DNA from: Verrucomicrobiota bacterium
GTDB taxonomy: Bacteria; Verrucomicrobiota; Verrucomicrobiia; Chthoniobacterales; UBA10450
DNA: 22,381 bases
Direction of reading: 5' to 3'
NCBI GenBank assembly: GCA_003219465.1
Contig: QHOX01000052.1
Coordinates: forward strand, 1 to 22,381
The first letter of the stretch is position 1, and each line of letters begins with the position of its first letter. Shown here one piece after another: positions 1 through 7,555 of the stretch. The notes under the pieces were generated by a model, which made no database searches, had not been told where the DNA came from, and was given only the letters and a program-made list of their open reading frames with translations. Position numbers and translations under genes: made by a program.

Positions 1-432
1 TTGGCCAAAGAATGTCGCAACATCGTGTCCATCAAGGAAGCAAGCGGTAGCGTGGAGCGCGTTGGTGAGTTGCGCCGGCGTTTGCCCGATACGTTTACGA
101 TTTTGAGCGGCGACGATTCGCTCACCCTTCCATTTATGGCCGTGGGTGCTGCCGGTGTCGTGAGCGTGGCCTCGAATTTGTTTCCATCTGAAGTATGCGC
201 GCTCGTGCGCGCCTGCGAATCAGGCGATTTGAAATCGGCGGAGAAATTGCACAGGCAACTGCTGCCGTTGTTTAAAGATTTGTTCATCGAGCCTAACCCG
301 GTTCCCGTGAAGACAGCGCTCGGCTGGCGCGGCGCGATCTCGCCTGAAGTTCGTTTGCCGCTGTGCGAAATGAGCGAAGCGAACCAGGCGTTCCTGCGCA
401 AGACGCTGGAAGACTTTGAATCGAAGCGATAG
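1..432 (+). CDS. dapA: 4-hydroxy-tetrahydrodipicolinate synthase (DapA), C-terminal part; the 5' end lies outside the window
   Basis: The ORF is open from position 1 to TAG 430-432. The translation carries the DapA/NAL-family Schiff-base lysine context (VSIKEASGS) plus the ILSGDDSLTLPFMAVGAAGVVSVASNL and PNPVPVKTAL blocks. dapB lies directly downstream. Confidence 0.9.
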   Translation: MAKECRNIVSIKEASGSVERVGELRRRLPDTFTILSGDDSLTLPFMAVGAAGVVSVASNLFPSEVCALVRACESGDLKSAEKLHRQLLPLFKDLFIEPNPVPVKTALGWRGAISPEVRLPLCEMSEANQAFLRKTLEDFESKR

Positions 433-433
433 C

Positions 434-524
434 TCGCATCGGTTGTAGCGTGCGCTGTCCTCAGCGCAGAATGCGACGTGCAACATCGAGCGCAGCGAAC
501 TCCGGTGAGGACAGCGGACACTAC
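434..524. repeat. REP-like doublet (two inverted 'GTAG + hairpin' units, heads outward) in the dapA-dapB spacer
   Basis: Copy A (+): GTAG 445-448, stem TGCGCTG 451-457 / CAGCGCA 462-468, loop TCCT, outer stem TCGCAT 434-439 / ATGCGA 471-476. Copy B (-): GTAG is the complement of 521-524, followed by the complement of 501-520. A and B share GTAG-N5-GCTGTCCTCA, with 21 of the first 25 nt identical by eye. Confidence 0.6.
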
Positions 525-544
525 AGCGTATACACTGCGCAGCT

Positions 545-1249
545 ATGAAGAATTCTCCCGTGCGTGTACTCCTCATCGGCGCGGCCGGTCGCATGGGAAA
601 GACTGTGCTCGATCTGGCGCAGAGAGATCGGGAAATCGAGATCGCCGCGCGATGCGATCTGGGTGATTCAATCGAACTAGCGATGAAAAATTGTGACGTG
701 GCGATCGATTTCAGTCGCGCCGATAGCGTCGATGAAATCTGCCGCGGCGCGTTGCAGCATGGCAAATCGCTCGTTATTGGAACGACTGGCCACTCTCAGC
801 AGCAACGCAAAACAATTGAACAGACAGCGCACTCGGTACCGATCGTTTTGGCATCGAATTTCAGTGTGGGGGTCAACGTGCTCTTTTGGCTGACCCAAAA
901 GGCTGCCGAATTGCTCGGCTCGGATTTCGATCCTGAGATTGTCGAAACGCATCACAAAATGAAAAAAGATGCGCCGAGCGGGACAGCCAAAACGCTGGCT
1001 GAGATCTTGCAACCGCTCCGAAACACCAGAATACCGATTGAATCAATTCGCGAAGGTGATGTTGTCGGCGAGCATACTGCAATTTTCAGAGGACCAGGCG
1101 AACGCTTGGAGTTAACGCATCGCGCAGGGAGTCGCGAAATTTTTGCACTCGGCGCATTACGCGCGGCGAAGTGGATTACCAAAAAATCACCGGGACTGTA
1201 CTCGATGCAGGACGTGCTGGGGCTGCGAACCTGTAGCCGGGATCCGTGA
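545..1249 (+). CDS. dapB: 4-hydroxy-tetrahydrodipicolinate reductase (DapB)
   Basis: ATG 545, TGA 1247-1249. It has the Rossmann motif VLLIGAAGRMG and the DapB signature ETHHKMKKDAPSGTAKTLAE. The last ~6 codons and the stop lie inside a REP-like hairpin (1233-1257). Confidence 0.95.
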   Translation: MKNSPVRVLLIGAAGRMGKTVLDLAQRDREIEIAARCDLGDSIELAMKNCDVAIDFSRADSVDEICRGALQHGKSLVIGTTGHSQQQRKTIEQTAHSVPIVLASNFSVGVNVLFWLTQKAAELLGSDFDPEIVETHHKMKKDAPSGTAKTLAEILQPLRNTRIPIESIREGDVVGEHTAIFRGPGERLELTHRAGSREIFALGALRAAKWITKKSPGLYSMQDVLGLRTCSRDP

Positions 1250-1257
1250 TCCCGGCT
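1233..1257 (+). repeat. REP-like element (GTAG + perfect 10-bp stem) overlapping the dapB 3' end
   Basis: GTAG 1233-1236. Stem AGCCGGGATC 1235-1244 / GATCCCGGCT 1248-1257, loop CGT 1245-1247. The dapB stop TGA (1247-1249) spans the last loop base (1247) and the first two bases of the 3' stem arm (1248-1249). Confidence 0.7.
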
Positions 1258-1267
1258 GCCGCGGTCA

Positions 1268-1786
1268 ATGATCGCGGCCATAACGATGAGAACCGCAGTG
1301 GCACTTGGATCCAATCTCGGTGATCGGCTCGACCATTTGCTGGGTGCGCGAAAGGCAATTCTCGGTCTCGCAAATGTAAAGCCGCCGATTCTTTCCTCGG
1401 CGGTTTACGAGACTGAACCGGTCGGTTGCGAACCGGGAGCCGGAAAATTTTTGAATGCTGTCGTTGAGTTTGAGTATGAAGGCGATCCCGTGCGGTTGCT
1501 TGAGCAACTGATTCAAATCGAGGAAGCGTTGGGCCGCAAACGGGATCATCCACGGAACGCCTCGCGAACCATTGATATCGATCTGCTCTACTGCGAAGAC
1601 CAACGGATCAACGATGAACGATTGCAACTGCCACATCCGCGACTGCACTTAAGAATCTTTGTGCTTCGGCCGCTGGCCGATATCCGGCGGCATTTGGTTT
1701 TGCCGGGCGAGAAGAAAACTGTCAGCGACTTGCTCGCGACGTTTAAGGATTCTGGCGCAGTCGTTCGTCTTGCGGAGAGCTGGTAG
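1268..1786 (+). CDS. folK: 2-amino-4-hydroxy-6-hydroxymethyldihydropteridine pyrophosphokinase (HPPK, FolK)
   Basis: HPPK hallmarks are present: AVALGSNLGDR near the N-terminus, YETEPVG, RTIDIDLL and LPHPRLHLRIFVLRPLADI. The start is ambiguous: ATG 1268 or ATG 1286 (MRTAVALGSN...). Confidence 0.9.
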   Translation: MIAAITMRTAVALGSNLGDRLDHLLGARKAILGLANVKPPILSSAVYETEPVGCEPGAGKFLNAVVEFEYEGDPVRLLEQLIQIEEALGRKRDHPRNASRTIDIDLLYCEDQRINDERLQLPHPRLHLRIFVLRPLADIRRHLVLPGEKKTVSDLLATFKDSGAVVRLAESW

Positions 1787-1872
1787 ATGGAAGATGCGAA
1801 AGCGGCGGAGCATCGCTGCTTCTGCCGCGGCTTGCGTTCTGAAATGGGCAGCTGATCTTGCGAACAAGCGCA

Positions 1873-2628
1873 ATGAAAGATTTTCGCCAAATGAAACAGC
1901 GCGGTGAGAAAATAACCGCGCTCACCGCGTACGACTACCCGACGGCGCGTTTGCTCGATGAGAGCGGCATCGACATCATCCTCGTAGGCGATTCGGTGGG
2001 AATGGTAGTTCTCGGTTATCCGGATACGACGGATGTGACACTCGAGGAAATGTTGCATCACACTCGCGCGGCTGCGCGCGGGGTAAAGCAGGCGCTGCTC
2101 GTCGCCGATATGCCGATTCACACGTACGATACGCCGGAACAAGCCGTGGAGACCGCCAGAAAATTTGTCGGTGCCGGCGCGCAGGCGGTGAAGCTCGAAG
2201 GTGGTGTGAGTCGTGTTGCGCAGATCGAGGCGATCACGCGAGCGGGAATACCGTTCATGGCGCACATCGGGATGCTGCCCCAAAGTGTGCGCGAGCAAGG
2301 CGGCTATAGGATCAAGGGCCGCACGCAATCTGAGGTCGAAGCGTTGCTGGCTGACGCCCGTGCGGTGGAAAAAGCGGGAGCATTTTCCGTGGTGCTGGAG
2401 ATTGTGGTTGCGGAGGTCGCGAGGCAGATCACCAATGCGATCGGTATCCCGACGATCGGGATCGGCTCGGGTGACCATTGCGACGGACAGATTCTGGTTA
2501 CCCACGATTTGATTGGGTTGTTTCCCTGGTTTACACCGAAATTCGTCTCGCCCGAAGCGCGGGTGGCGGAGGAAATACGCCGCGCTGCGCGTGCTTTTGT
2601 TGAGCGAACACGGGCCGGCGGAGCATAG
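1873..2628 (+). CDS. panB: 3-methyl-2-oxobutanoate hydroxymethyltransferase (ketopantoate hydroxymethyltransferase, PanB)
   Basis: It is collinear with PanB: ITALTAYDYPTARLLDESGIDIILVGDSVGMVVLGY, KLEGG, HIGMLPQS, IGIGSG..CDGQILV. The track ORF starts at TTG 1858. The first ATG, at 1873 (MKDFRQMKQRGEKITALTAYD), fits family N-termini better. Confidence 0.93.
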   Translation: MKDFRQMKQRGEKITALTAYDYPTARLLDESGIDIILVGDSVGMVVLGYPDTTDVTLEEMLHHTRAAARGVKQALLVADMPIHTYDTPEQAVETARKFVGAGAQAVKLEGGVSRVAQIEAITRAGIPFMAHIGMLPQSVREQGGYRIKGRTQSEVEALLADARAVEKAGAFSVVLEIVVAEVARQITNAIGIPTIGIGSGDHCDGQILVTHDLIGLFPWFTPKFVSPEARVAEEIRRAARAFVERTRAGGA

Positions 2629-2693
2629 GCCTGTGGCTGCTGTTTGACCGATGAGTCGCCCCGGCGTTCGAATGTGATATTGTTGCAATCGCC

Positions 2694-3743
2694 ATGAGAG
2701 TTTCCGAGCTCGACGATCTCGACCGCTTCGAGACTGAAGGTCTGCTGACAGGTAGCAAGGAGCGCAACTGGCTCTGGCTCGGAATAATTGTGTCGCTGGC
2801 GATACATTTCGCGCTGTGCACTTATTTTTATCGTACGCGTTTTGCATCTGCTGACGCGGTGTTCGCCCCAAACGAGCAGACACCCACGTTCAAGGTGAAG
2901 CGTGTTCTCGATTCGAACCTGGAGAAGAGCAGTGCCGATCAAATCAATCCGGCGGCGAAACCGAACCCCGATAACACCGACGTGCAATTGCCGGATGAGA
3001 AGAAGTCATTCGACAAATTGCTGGAGGAAGTTCAAGCGAGCACAGCGCTGCCGGATGACATGCACGACGTGTTGCCTGACCAACCAAAGGTGGAACAGCC
3101 GGACGTTAATTCTGTTCTGAACGAGATTGAACGTTCCACGGCGCAAACTCTTTCCAGCGACCCAAACGCGGTGCATGAGCAATCTTTGCTGAACAGCAGT
3201 TCGGTTTCCGGCCGTCCGCAACCTGCTCTCAGCGGAACCGAGCTGGCCACGAGCACGGCCATCAAACGGCCAAACACTTTCACAAGCAAGCTGCCCGGCG
3301 ACAGCGCCGGTCCGAACAAAGGACATGCGCCAGGCTTCAGCGATTTGGACCAGTTGCTGGCGCAAAAAGGTCCGCTCGGGTCAGGCACAAAATTGCGTCT
3401 GCCCGATGATCAGCTTTTTGAGTATGACAGCGACGTGCTGCAATCGAGCGCCATCTTTCAACTGCAAAAGCTGGGCACGCTCATTCAGCGCAATCCGAAT
3501 GCAACATTTTCTGTGGAAGGCTACACGGATTCATTCGGCACGTTTGAATACAATCTCGATCTGAGTCAGCGCCGGGCCGACAGCGTAAAGCGTTATCTGG
3601 TCGAGGCGATGGGAATCAATCCGGCGCAAATCCAAACCCGCGGCTTCGGCGCGACGAAATTCCGTGCGTCCCCGAACGGCTCAATCGAAGAGCAAAGTCC
3701 CAATCGCCGCGTCGAGGTTGTGGTGCGTACGACTGAAGGGTAG
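2694..3743 (+). CDS. Membrane-anchored OmpA/MotB-domain (peptidoglycan-binding) protein
   Basis: One hydrophobic helix (WLWLGIIVSLAIHFALCTYFY) follows a short cytoplasmic N-terminus. A long Pro/Gln/Ser/Asp-rich low-complexity linker comes next. The C-terminus is an OmpA_C-like domain (FSVEGYTDSFGTFEYNLDLSQRRADSVKRYL ... NRRVEVVV). Confidence 0.8.
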   Translation: MRVSELDDLDRFETEGLLTGSKERNWLWLGIIVSLAIHFALCTYFYRTRFASADAVFAPNEQTPTFKVKRVLDSNLEKSSADQINPAAKPNPDNTDVQLPDEKKSFDKLLEEVQASTALPDDMHDVLPDQPKVEQPDVNSVLNEIERSTAQTLSSDPNAVHEQSLLNSSSVSGRPQPALSGTELATSTAIKRPNTFTSKLPGDSAGPNKGHAPGFSDLDQLLAQKGPLGSGTKLRLPDDQLFEYDSDVLQSSAIFQLQKLGTLIQRNPNATFSVEGYTDSFGTFEYNLDLSQRRADSVKRYLVEAMGINPAQIQTRGFGATKFRASPNGSIEEQSPNRRVEVVVRTTEG

Positions 3744-3769
3744 TTCGCAACCTCGGCTTCGGCGAAATT

Positions 3770-3792
3770 GTAGGGCGTCTGTGTCAGACGCC
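3770..3792 (+). repeat. REP-like element (GTAG + 8-bp stem) between the convergent ompA-like and gspG genes
   Basis: ATTGTAGGG context. GTAG 3770-3773, stem GGCGTCTG 3774-3781 / CAGACGCC 3785-3792, loop TGT. No U-tract follows on either strand. Confidence 0.7.
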
Positions 3793-3804
3793 GTCGGCAC
3801 AAGT

Positions 3805-4452
3805 CTACCAGTTTTTAATCCACTGTGGGGTAATCGGGTCAGGGGGAATAACCGGAGGGCTGTTTGTTAGGCCGGCCGTACTCCAAAGGTCGAAGGTGGG
3901 ATTGTAACCCTTTGTAGTGTCTCCGGTCGCTGCCTGAATGGTTGAATAACCGTAGCTGTTGCCGAACGGATCTCGAATGAACAGGACGTTCTGCGTCTGA
4001 TCGGCGGGGCTGAGCATATTGGGCTTGAAAACGAAATACGATCGCGCTCCGGCGTTTGGGGTGCGACTTCCATTTGTGGTGCCAAACAACGAATTGTACA
4101 GGGCGAGGCTGGTCAGGTTATAGCTAGGGCTGCTGGAATTTCCACTGGTTCTGGCGTCGAGGTTATTGGTGTCGCTGTTGCTCGGGTAAACGCCATTATC
4201 TGCTTTGTAATTTTCACACGCTGCCGACATGGCGGCGATTTCACTCTCAGCGCGGGCGCGGGCGGCTTTCTTGCGTGCATAGCCAACCGTGCTCAAGACT
4301 AAGCCTGCGAGAACAGTGATGATGCCAATGACGAGGACTAGTTCGATGAGAGTGAAGGCGTTGTAGCGACGCTTGTGACAACCGTCGAATTCATCGGCGA
4401 GGCATTTAGCACAAACGCCTCTACAACTTCTGGGGAGAACTTGATTTGTCAT
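3805..4452 (-). CDS. gspG: GspG-like major pseudopilin (prepilin-type N-terminal cleavage/methylation domain) with a long leader
   Basis: Prepilin motif ...KRRYNA|FTLIELVLVIGIITVLAG with Glu at +5. GspG-type blocks follow: AESEIAAMSAACENYKADNGVYPS, DPFGNSYGY, FDLWSTAG and a terminal IKNW. From memory, enterobacterial GspG has DPWGNPYQY ... IGNW. The only in-frame starts upstream of the motif are ATG 4452 and GTG 4485; the GTG overlaps the gspF stop as GTGA. Confidence 0.8.
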   Translation of the reverse strand: MTNQVLPRSCRGVCAKCLADEFDGCHKRRYNAFTLIELVLVIGIITVLAGLVLSTVGYARKKAARARAESEIAAMSAACENYKADNGVYPSNSDTNNLDARTSGNSSSPSYNLTSLALYNSLFGTTNGSRTPNAGARSYFVFKPNMLSPADQTQNVLFIRDPFGNSYGYSTIQAATGDTTKGYNPTFDLWSTAGLTNSPPVIPPDPITPQWIKNW

Positions 4453-4481
4453 TCGGATGTCGTCATTGCCGCCGCGGCCGA

Positions 4482-5771
4482 TCACGTTTGTTGTTGCAAG
4501 CCGGTGATGATGCTGATGAGCGGGGTGAAGAGCGCGAGCACGATGGTGCCAACGATCACCGCCAGGAACACGATCATGATCGGTTCCAGCATGGAGGTGA
4601 GGGCCGCCACTGCGTTGTCGACCTCGTCGTCGTAGACGTCGGCGATCTTTAGAAGCATTTCGGGAAGTTTACCGGTCTCTTCGCCCACATCGACCATGCT
4701 GACGACCATTGGAGGAAACGCTTTGCTGGCTTCCAGCGGTTGCACGATCGATTCGCCTTCTTTCACGCTGTCGTGCACCCGCGCGATTGCTCCAGCGATG
4801 GCCGAATTGCCCGCTGTTTCACGCGTGATATTTAACGCCTGCAATATTGGAACACCGCTCGTGACCAGTGTTCCCAGTGTGCGCGCGAAACGGGAGATCG
4901 CCGTTTTGCGATTTAAGTTGCCGAAGAGCGGCATGCGCAGTTTGAAAATATCAATCGCAAGTCGCCCTTTACGCGTACGGCCGATAAAGTTGTAGATGAC
5001 CACGATGGCAACGATAGCTGCCAGCAAAACCAAGCCGTGGTTTTTCATGAAACCGCTGACGCCGAGGACGAACTGCGTGACCGGTGGCAACGGTTTGTCA
5101 CCGAGCAAGTCGTGAAAAATTACTTCGAAGCGCGGAACGATGAACACAAGAAGGAAACACAAGATGCCCACCGCCATCGTCATCACGATGACCGGATACA
5201 CCATCGCCGAGAGCACCTTGTTTTTAATCTTCGCGGCTTTCTCCTGAAATTCGGAAAGCCGGGTAAGCACCAACTCAAGCACGCCGCCGACTTCGCCCGC
5301 TTTGACCATGTTGACGTACAGATCGTTAAAGATCTTCGGATGCAACGCCAGCGCGTCGGAAAACGTGCTGCCGCTCTGCACAGAATCGGCGAGTTTGTTG
5401 GTGGTCTTTTTCATCACCTTGTCGCGTTCCTGGTTTGCCAGGACGTTTAAGCTTCTCAGCAACGGCAAGCCGGAATCAATCAGCGTCGCCAGCTGGCGAG
5501 TAAAGATCATCAGGATTTTTGATTTAACTTTTTTGCGCTGGAAAAGAACGATGCCTTTTTTCGCACGCGATTTCGTCACGCGCGCGGCCTTTGCTGCCCG
5601 TCCACGAGCTTCCTTTCCGTCGCCGCTGATTATGGCCTCTTCGATGACGCTGGTGGGGAAAAAGCCGGCGTGACGCAGTTGACTGATTGCCGCGCTGCTT
5701 GAAACCGCTTCGAGTAATCCGGACGCTTCCTGTCCCCTAGCGTCAAGAGCTACGTAGTTGAACCGTGGCAT
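4482..5771 (-). CDS. gspF: Type II secretion / type IV pilus platform protein (GspF/PilC family)
   Basis: 429 aa with N-terminus MPRFNYVALDARGQE.... It has duplicated T2SSF domains (FTRQLATLIDSGLPLLRSL and ISRFARTLGTLVTSGVPILQAL) and three long hydrophobic helices. Confidence 0.9.
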   Translation of the reverse strand: MPRFNYVALDARGQEASGLLEAVSSSAAISQLRHAGFFPTSVIEEAIISGDGKEARGRAAKAARVTKSRAKKGIVLFQRKKVKSKILMIFTRQLATLIDSGLPLLRSLNVLANQERDKVMKKTTNKLADSVQSGSTFSDALALHPKIFNDLYVNMVKAGEVGGVLELVLTRLSEFQEKAAKIKNKVLSAMVYPVIVMTMAVGILCFLLVFIVPRFEVIFHDLLGDKPLPPVTQFVLGVSGFMKNHGLVLLAAIVAIVVIYNFIGRTRKGRLAIDIFKLRMPLFGNLNRKTAISRFARTLGTLVTSGVPILQALNITRETAGNSAIAGAIARVHDSVKEGESIVQPLEASKAFPPMVVSMVDVGEETGKLPEMLLKIADVYDDEVDNAVAALTSMLEPIMIVFLAVIVGTIVLALFTPLISIITGLQQQT

Positions 5772-5830
5772 GGAGGCCTATTCTAATTACGTCGGCGGTT
5801 TGTGTCGAGCATCACTCTCTTCCTGATTCT

Positions 5831-7516
5831 TCAGGTGTATCTCAGCACTTCCTCAATCGTCGTGTCGCCCGCGAAGATGCTGCGCAAACCGTCCTGGCGC
5901 AGCGTGATCATTCCAAGCTCGATCGCCTTTTGCTTTACCATAACCGTTGGCGCACGCTCGTTGATCAATTCACGGATTGGGTCCGTGATTCTTAGCAGCT
6001 CGTAAATTCCTTTTCGTCCTTTGTAGCCGGTGTTGTTACAAGCGTCACAACCTTTGCCGTAGAAGAATTGTTTCTCGCCGATATCGCGGCGCGAGATGCC
6101 GAGTTCAGCCAGTAGAGAGTCGTTCGGCCGGTACGGTGCGCGGCAATGACCACAGATGCTACGCAAGAGCCGCTGACCAAGGATCGCTTCCAACGTTGAC
6201 GAAATAAGGAACGGCTCCACGCCCATATCGATTAAACGCGTAATCGCACCCGGCGCATCATTCGTATGCAGCGTGCTAAAGACCAGATGGCCCGTGAGCG
6301 ATGCCTGAATCGCAATCTGGGCCGTCTCGAGATCGCGCGTCTCACCAATCATGATGCGATCCGGATCCTGACGCAGGAAGTGCCGCAACACGCGCGCAAA
6401 GGTCAGGCCGATCGCTTCGTTGACCGGCACCTGCACGATGCCTTCCAAATCGTATTCGACCGGTTCCTCCGCAGTGATCAGCTTTGAATCAATCGTGTTG
6501 ACCTTGCGCAAACAGGAATAAAGGGTTGTTGTCTTTCCTGAGCCTGTCGGCCCGGTCGCGATGAAAATGCCATTCGGTCGCTCGATCATTTCGAGCAGAA
6601 AATTGTAGATGTAATCCGGCATCCCAAGCGCTTCGAGGTCCAGATTGACGATGCTGCGATCGAGCACGCGCAGCACGAGGCTTTCGCCGAATTGCGTCGG
6701 CAAGGTTGAAACTCGCAAATCGACATTGCGCCCCGCGATGCGCTTTTGAATGCGGCCATCCTGCGGCAGCCGTCTCTCGGCAATGTTCATGTTCGCCATG
6801 ACTTTCACGCGCGAAATCACCGGCAGCGCCAGATGCCGCGGGGGCGGCGACATTTCGTAAAGCGCGCCATCGACGCGGTAGCGGATTTTGAATTCGTTTT
6901 CGAACGGCTCGAAATGAATGTCGCTCGCGCGGTCCTGGATTGCCTGATAAAGAATCAGATCCACAAATCGAATGATCGGCGTTGCGTTCGCCTCCGCTTC
7001 AACCGCAGCTTCGCCGTCCATCTCGCGCAATTGCAGCGCTTCGCCTGCTTCGCCGAGCTGCTTGAGGACTTCCTCCATGCTCGTCGTGTCGGTGCCGTAA
7101 AATTGTTTAATTAGCTCCTCGATTTGCTCAGGCGGCGATACGACTATCTGAATGTCTTTGCCGAGCGCGAAACGGAGGTCCTCAGCGATATGCAGATCGA
7201 ACGGATCGACCAGCGCCACTCGCAGCGCGGTTTCGCTCATATCAACCGGCAGCGCGCCGTGCAACCGCGCCAGACCGCTGGGAACGAGACGTAAAATCTC
7301 TGGCGCAATTTCGTGCTGGCTCAGATCGATGAATTCAGTGCCAAGGCCATTGGCAATCGTTTCATAAAAGCTCGGCTCATCAATGAAGCCGCCATCGATC
7401 ATCGCCTGCGCGACGGTTTTTCCGTTCAACTCCACTTCGCTCAACACATCGTCTGCCTGCGCAGGCTCCAGTACGCGCTGCTCGACAAAAAATTCGGCGA
7501 GTTGCTTTTCAGTCAT
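5831..7516 (-). CDS. gspE: GspE/PilB-type secretion ATPase, copy 2 (operon-distal)
   Basis: N-terminal T2SE_N-like domain, Walker A GPTGSGKTTT, Asp box ITAEEPVEY, Walker B RIMIGETRD, His box TGHLVFSTLHTNDA, tetracysteine CGHC...CDAC. The track start is TTG 7531; the first ATG is 7516 (MTEKQLAEFF). Confidence 0.9.
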   Translation of the reverse strand: MTEKQLAEFFVEQRVLEPAQADDVLSEVELNGKTVAQAMIDGGFIDEPSFYETIANGLGTEFIDLSQHEIAPEILRLVPSGLARLHGALPVDMSETALRVALVDPFDLHIAEDLRFALGKDIQIVVSPPEQIEELIKQFYGTDTTSMEEVLKQLGEAGEALQLREMDGEAAVEAEANATPIIRFVDLILYQAIQDRASDIHFEPFENEFKIRYRVDGALYEMSPPPRHLALPVISRVKVMANMNIAERRLPQDGRIQKRIAGRNVDLRVSTLPTQFGESLVLRVLDRSIVNLDLEALGMPDYIYNFLLEMIERPNGIFIATGPTGSGKTTTLYSCLRKVNTIDSKLITAEEPVEYDLEGIVQVPVNEAIGLTFARVLRHFLRQDPDRIMIGETRDLETAQIAIQASLTGHLVFSTLHTNDAPGAITRLIDMGVEPFLISSTLEAILGQRLLRSICGHCRAPYRPNDSLLAELGISRRDIGEKQFFYGKGCDACNNTGYKGRKGIYELLRITDPIRELINERAPTVMVKQKAIELGMITLRQDGLRSIFAGDTTIEEVLRYT

Positions 7517-7555
7517 TTGAACGATGTACAATTCACGATTTACGATGCAACAGCC

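Noticed and set aside
1802-1829. A hairpin, GCGGCGGAGCA-TCGC-TGCTTCTGCCGC, in the folK-panB spacer as a further REP copy or attenuator.
   Set aside because: The stem is imperfect, with a wobble and a bulge. It starts 15 nt from the nearest GTAG, and that GTAG contains the folK stop codon. It does not fit the head-abutting-stem format of the other copies.
1588-2883. A 431-aa ORF on the minus strand spanning folK, panB and the start of the ompA-like gene.
   Set aside because: It is antisense to two confidently identified genes. The translation is Arg/Ser/Cys-rich with no recognisable motif. It looks like a typical shadow ORF in GC-rich DNA.
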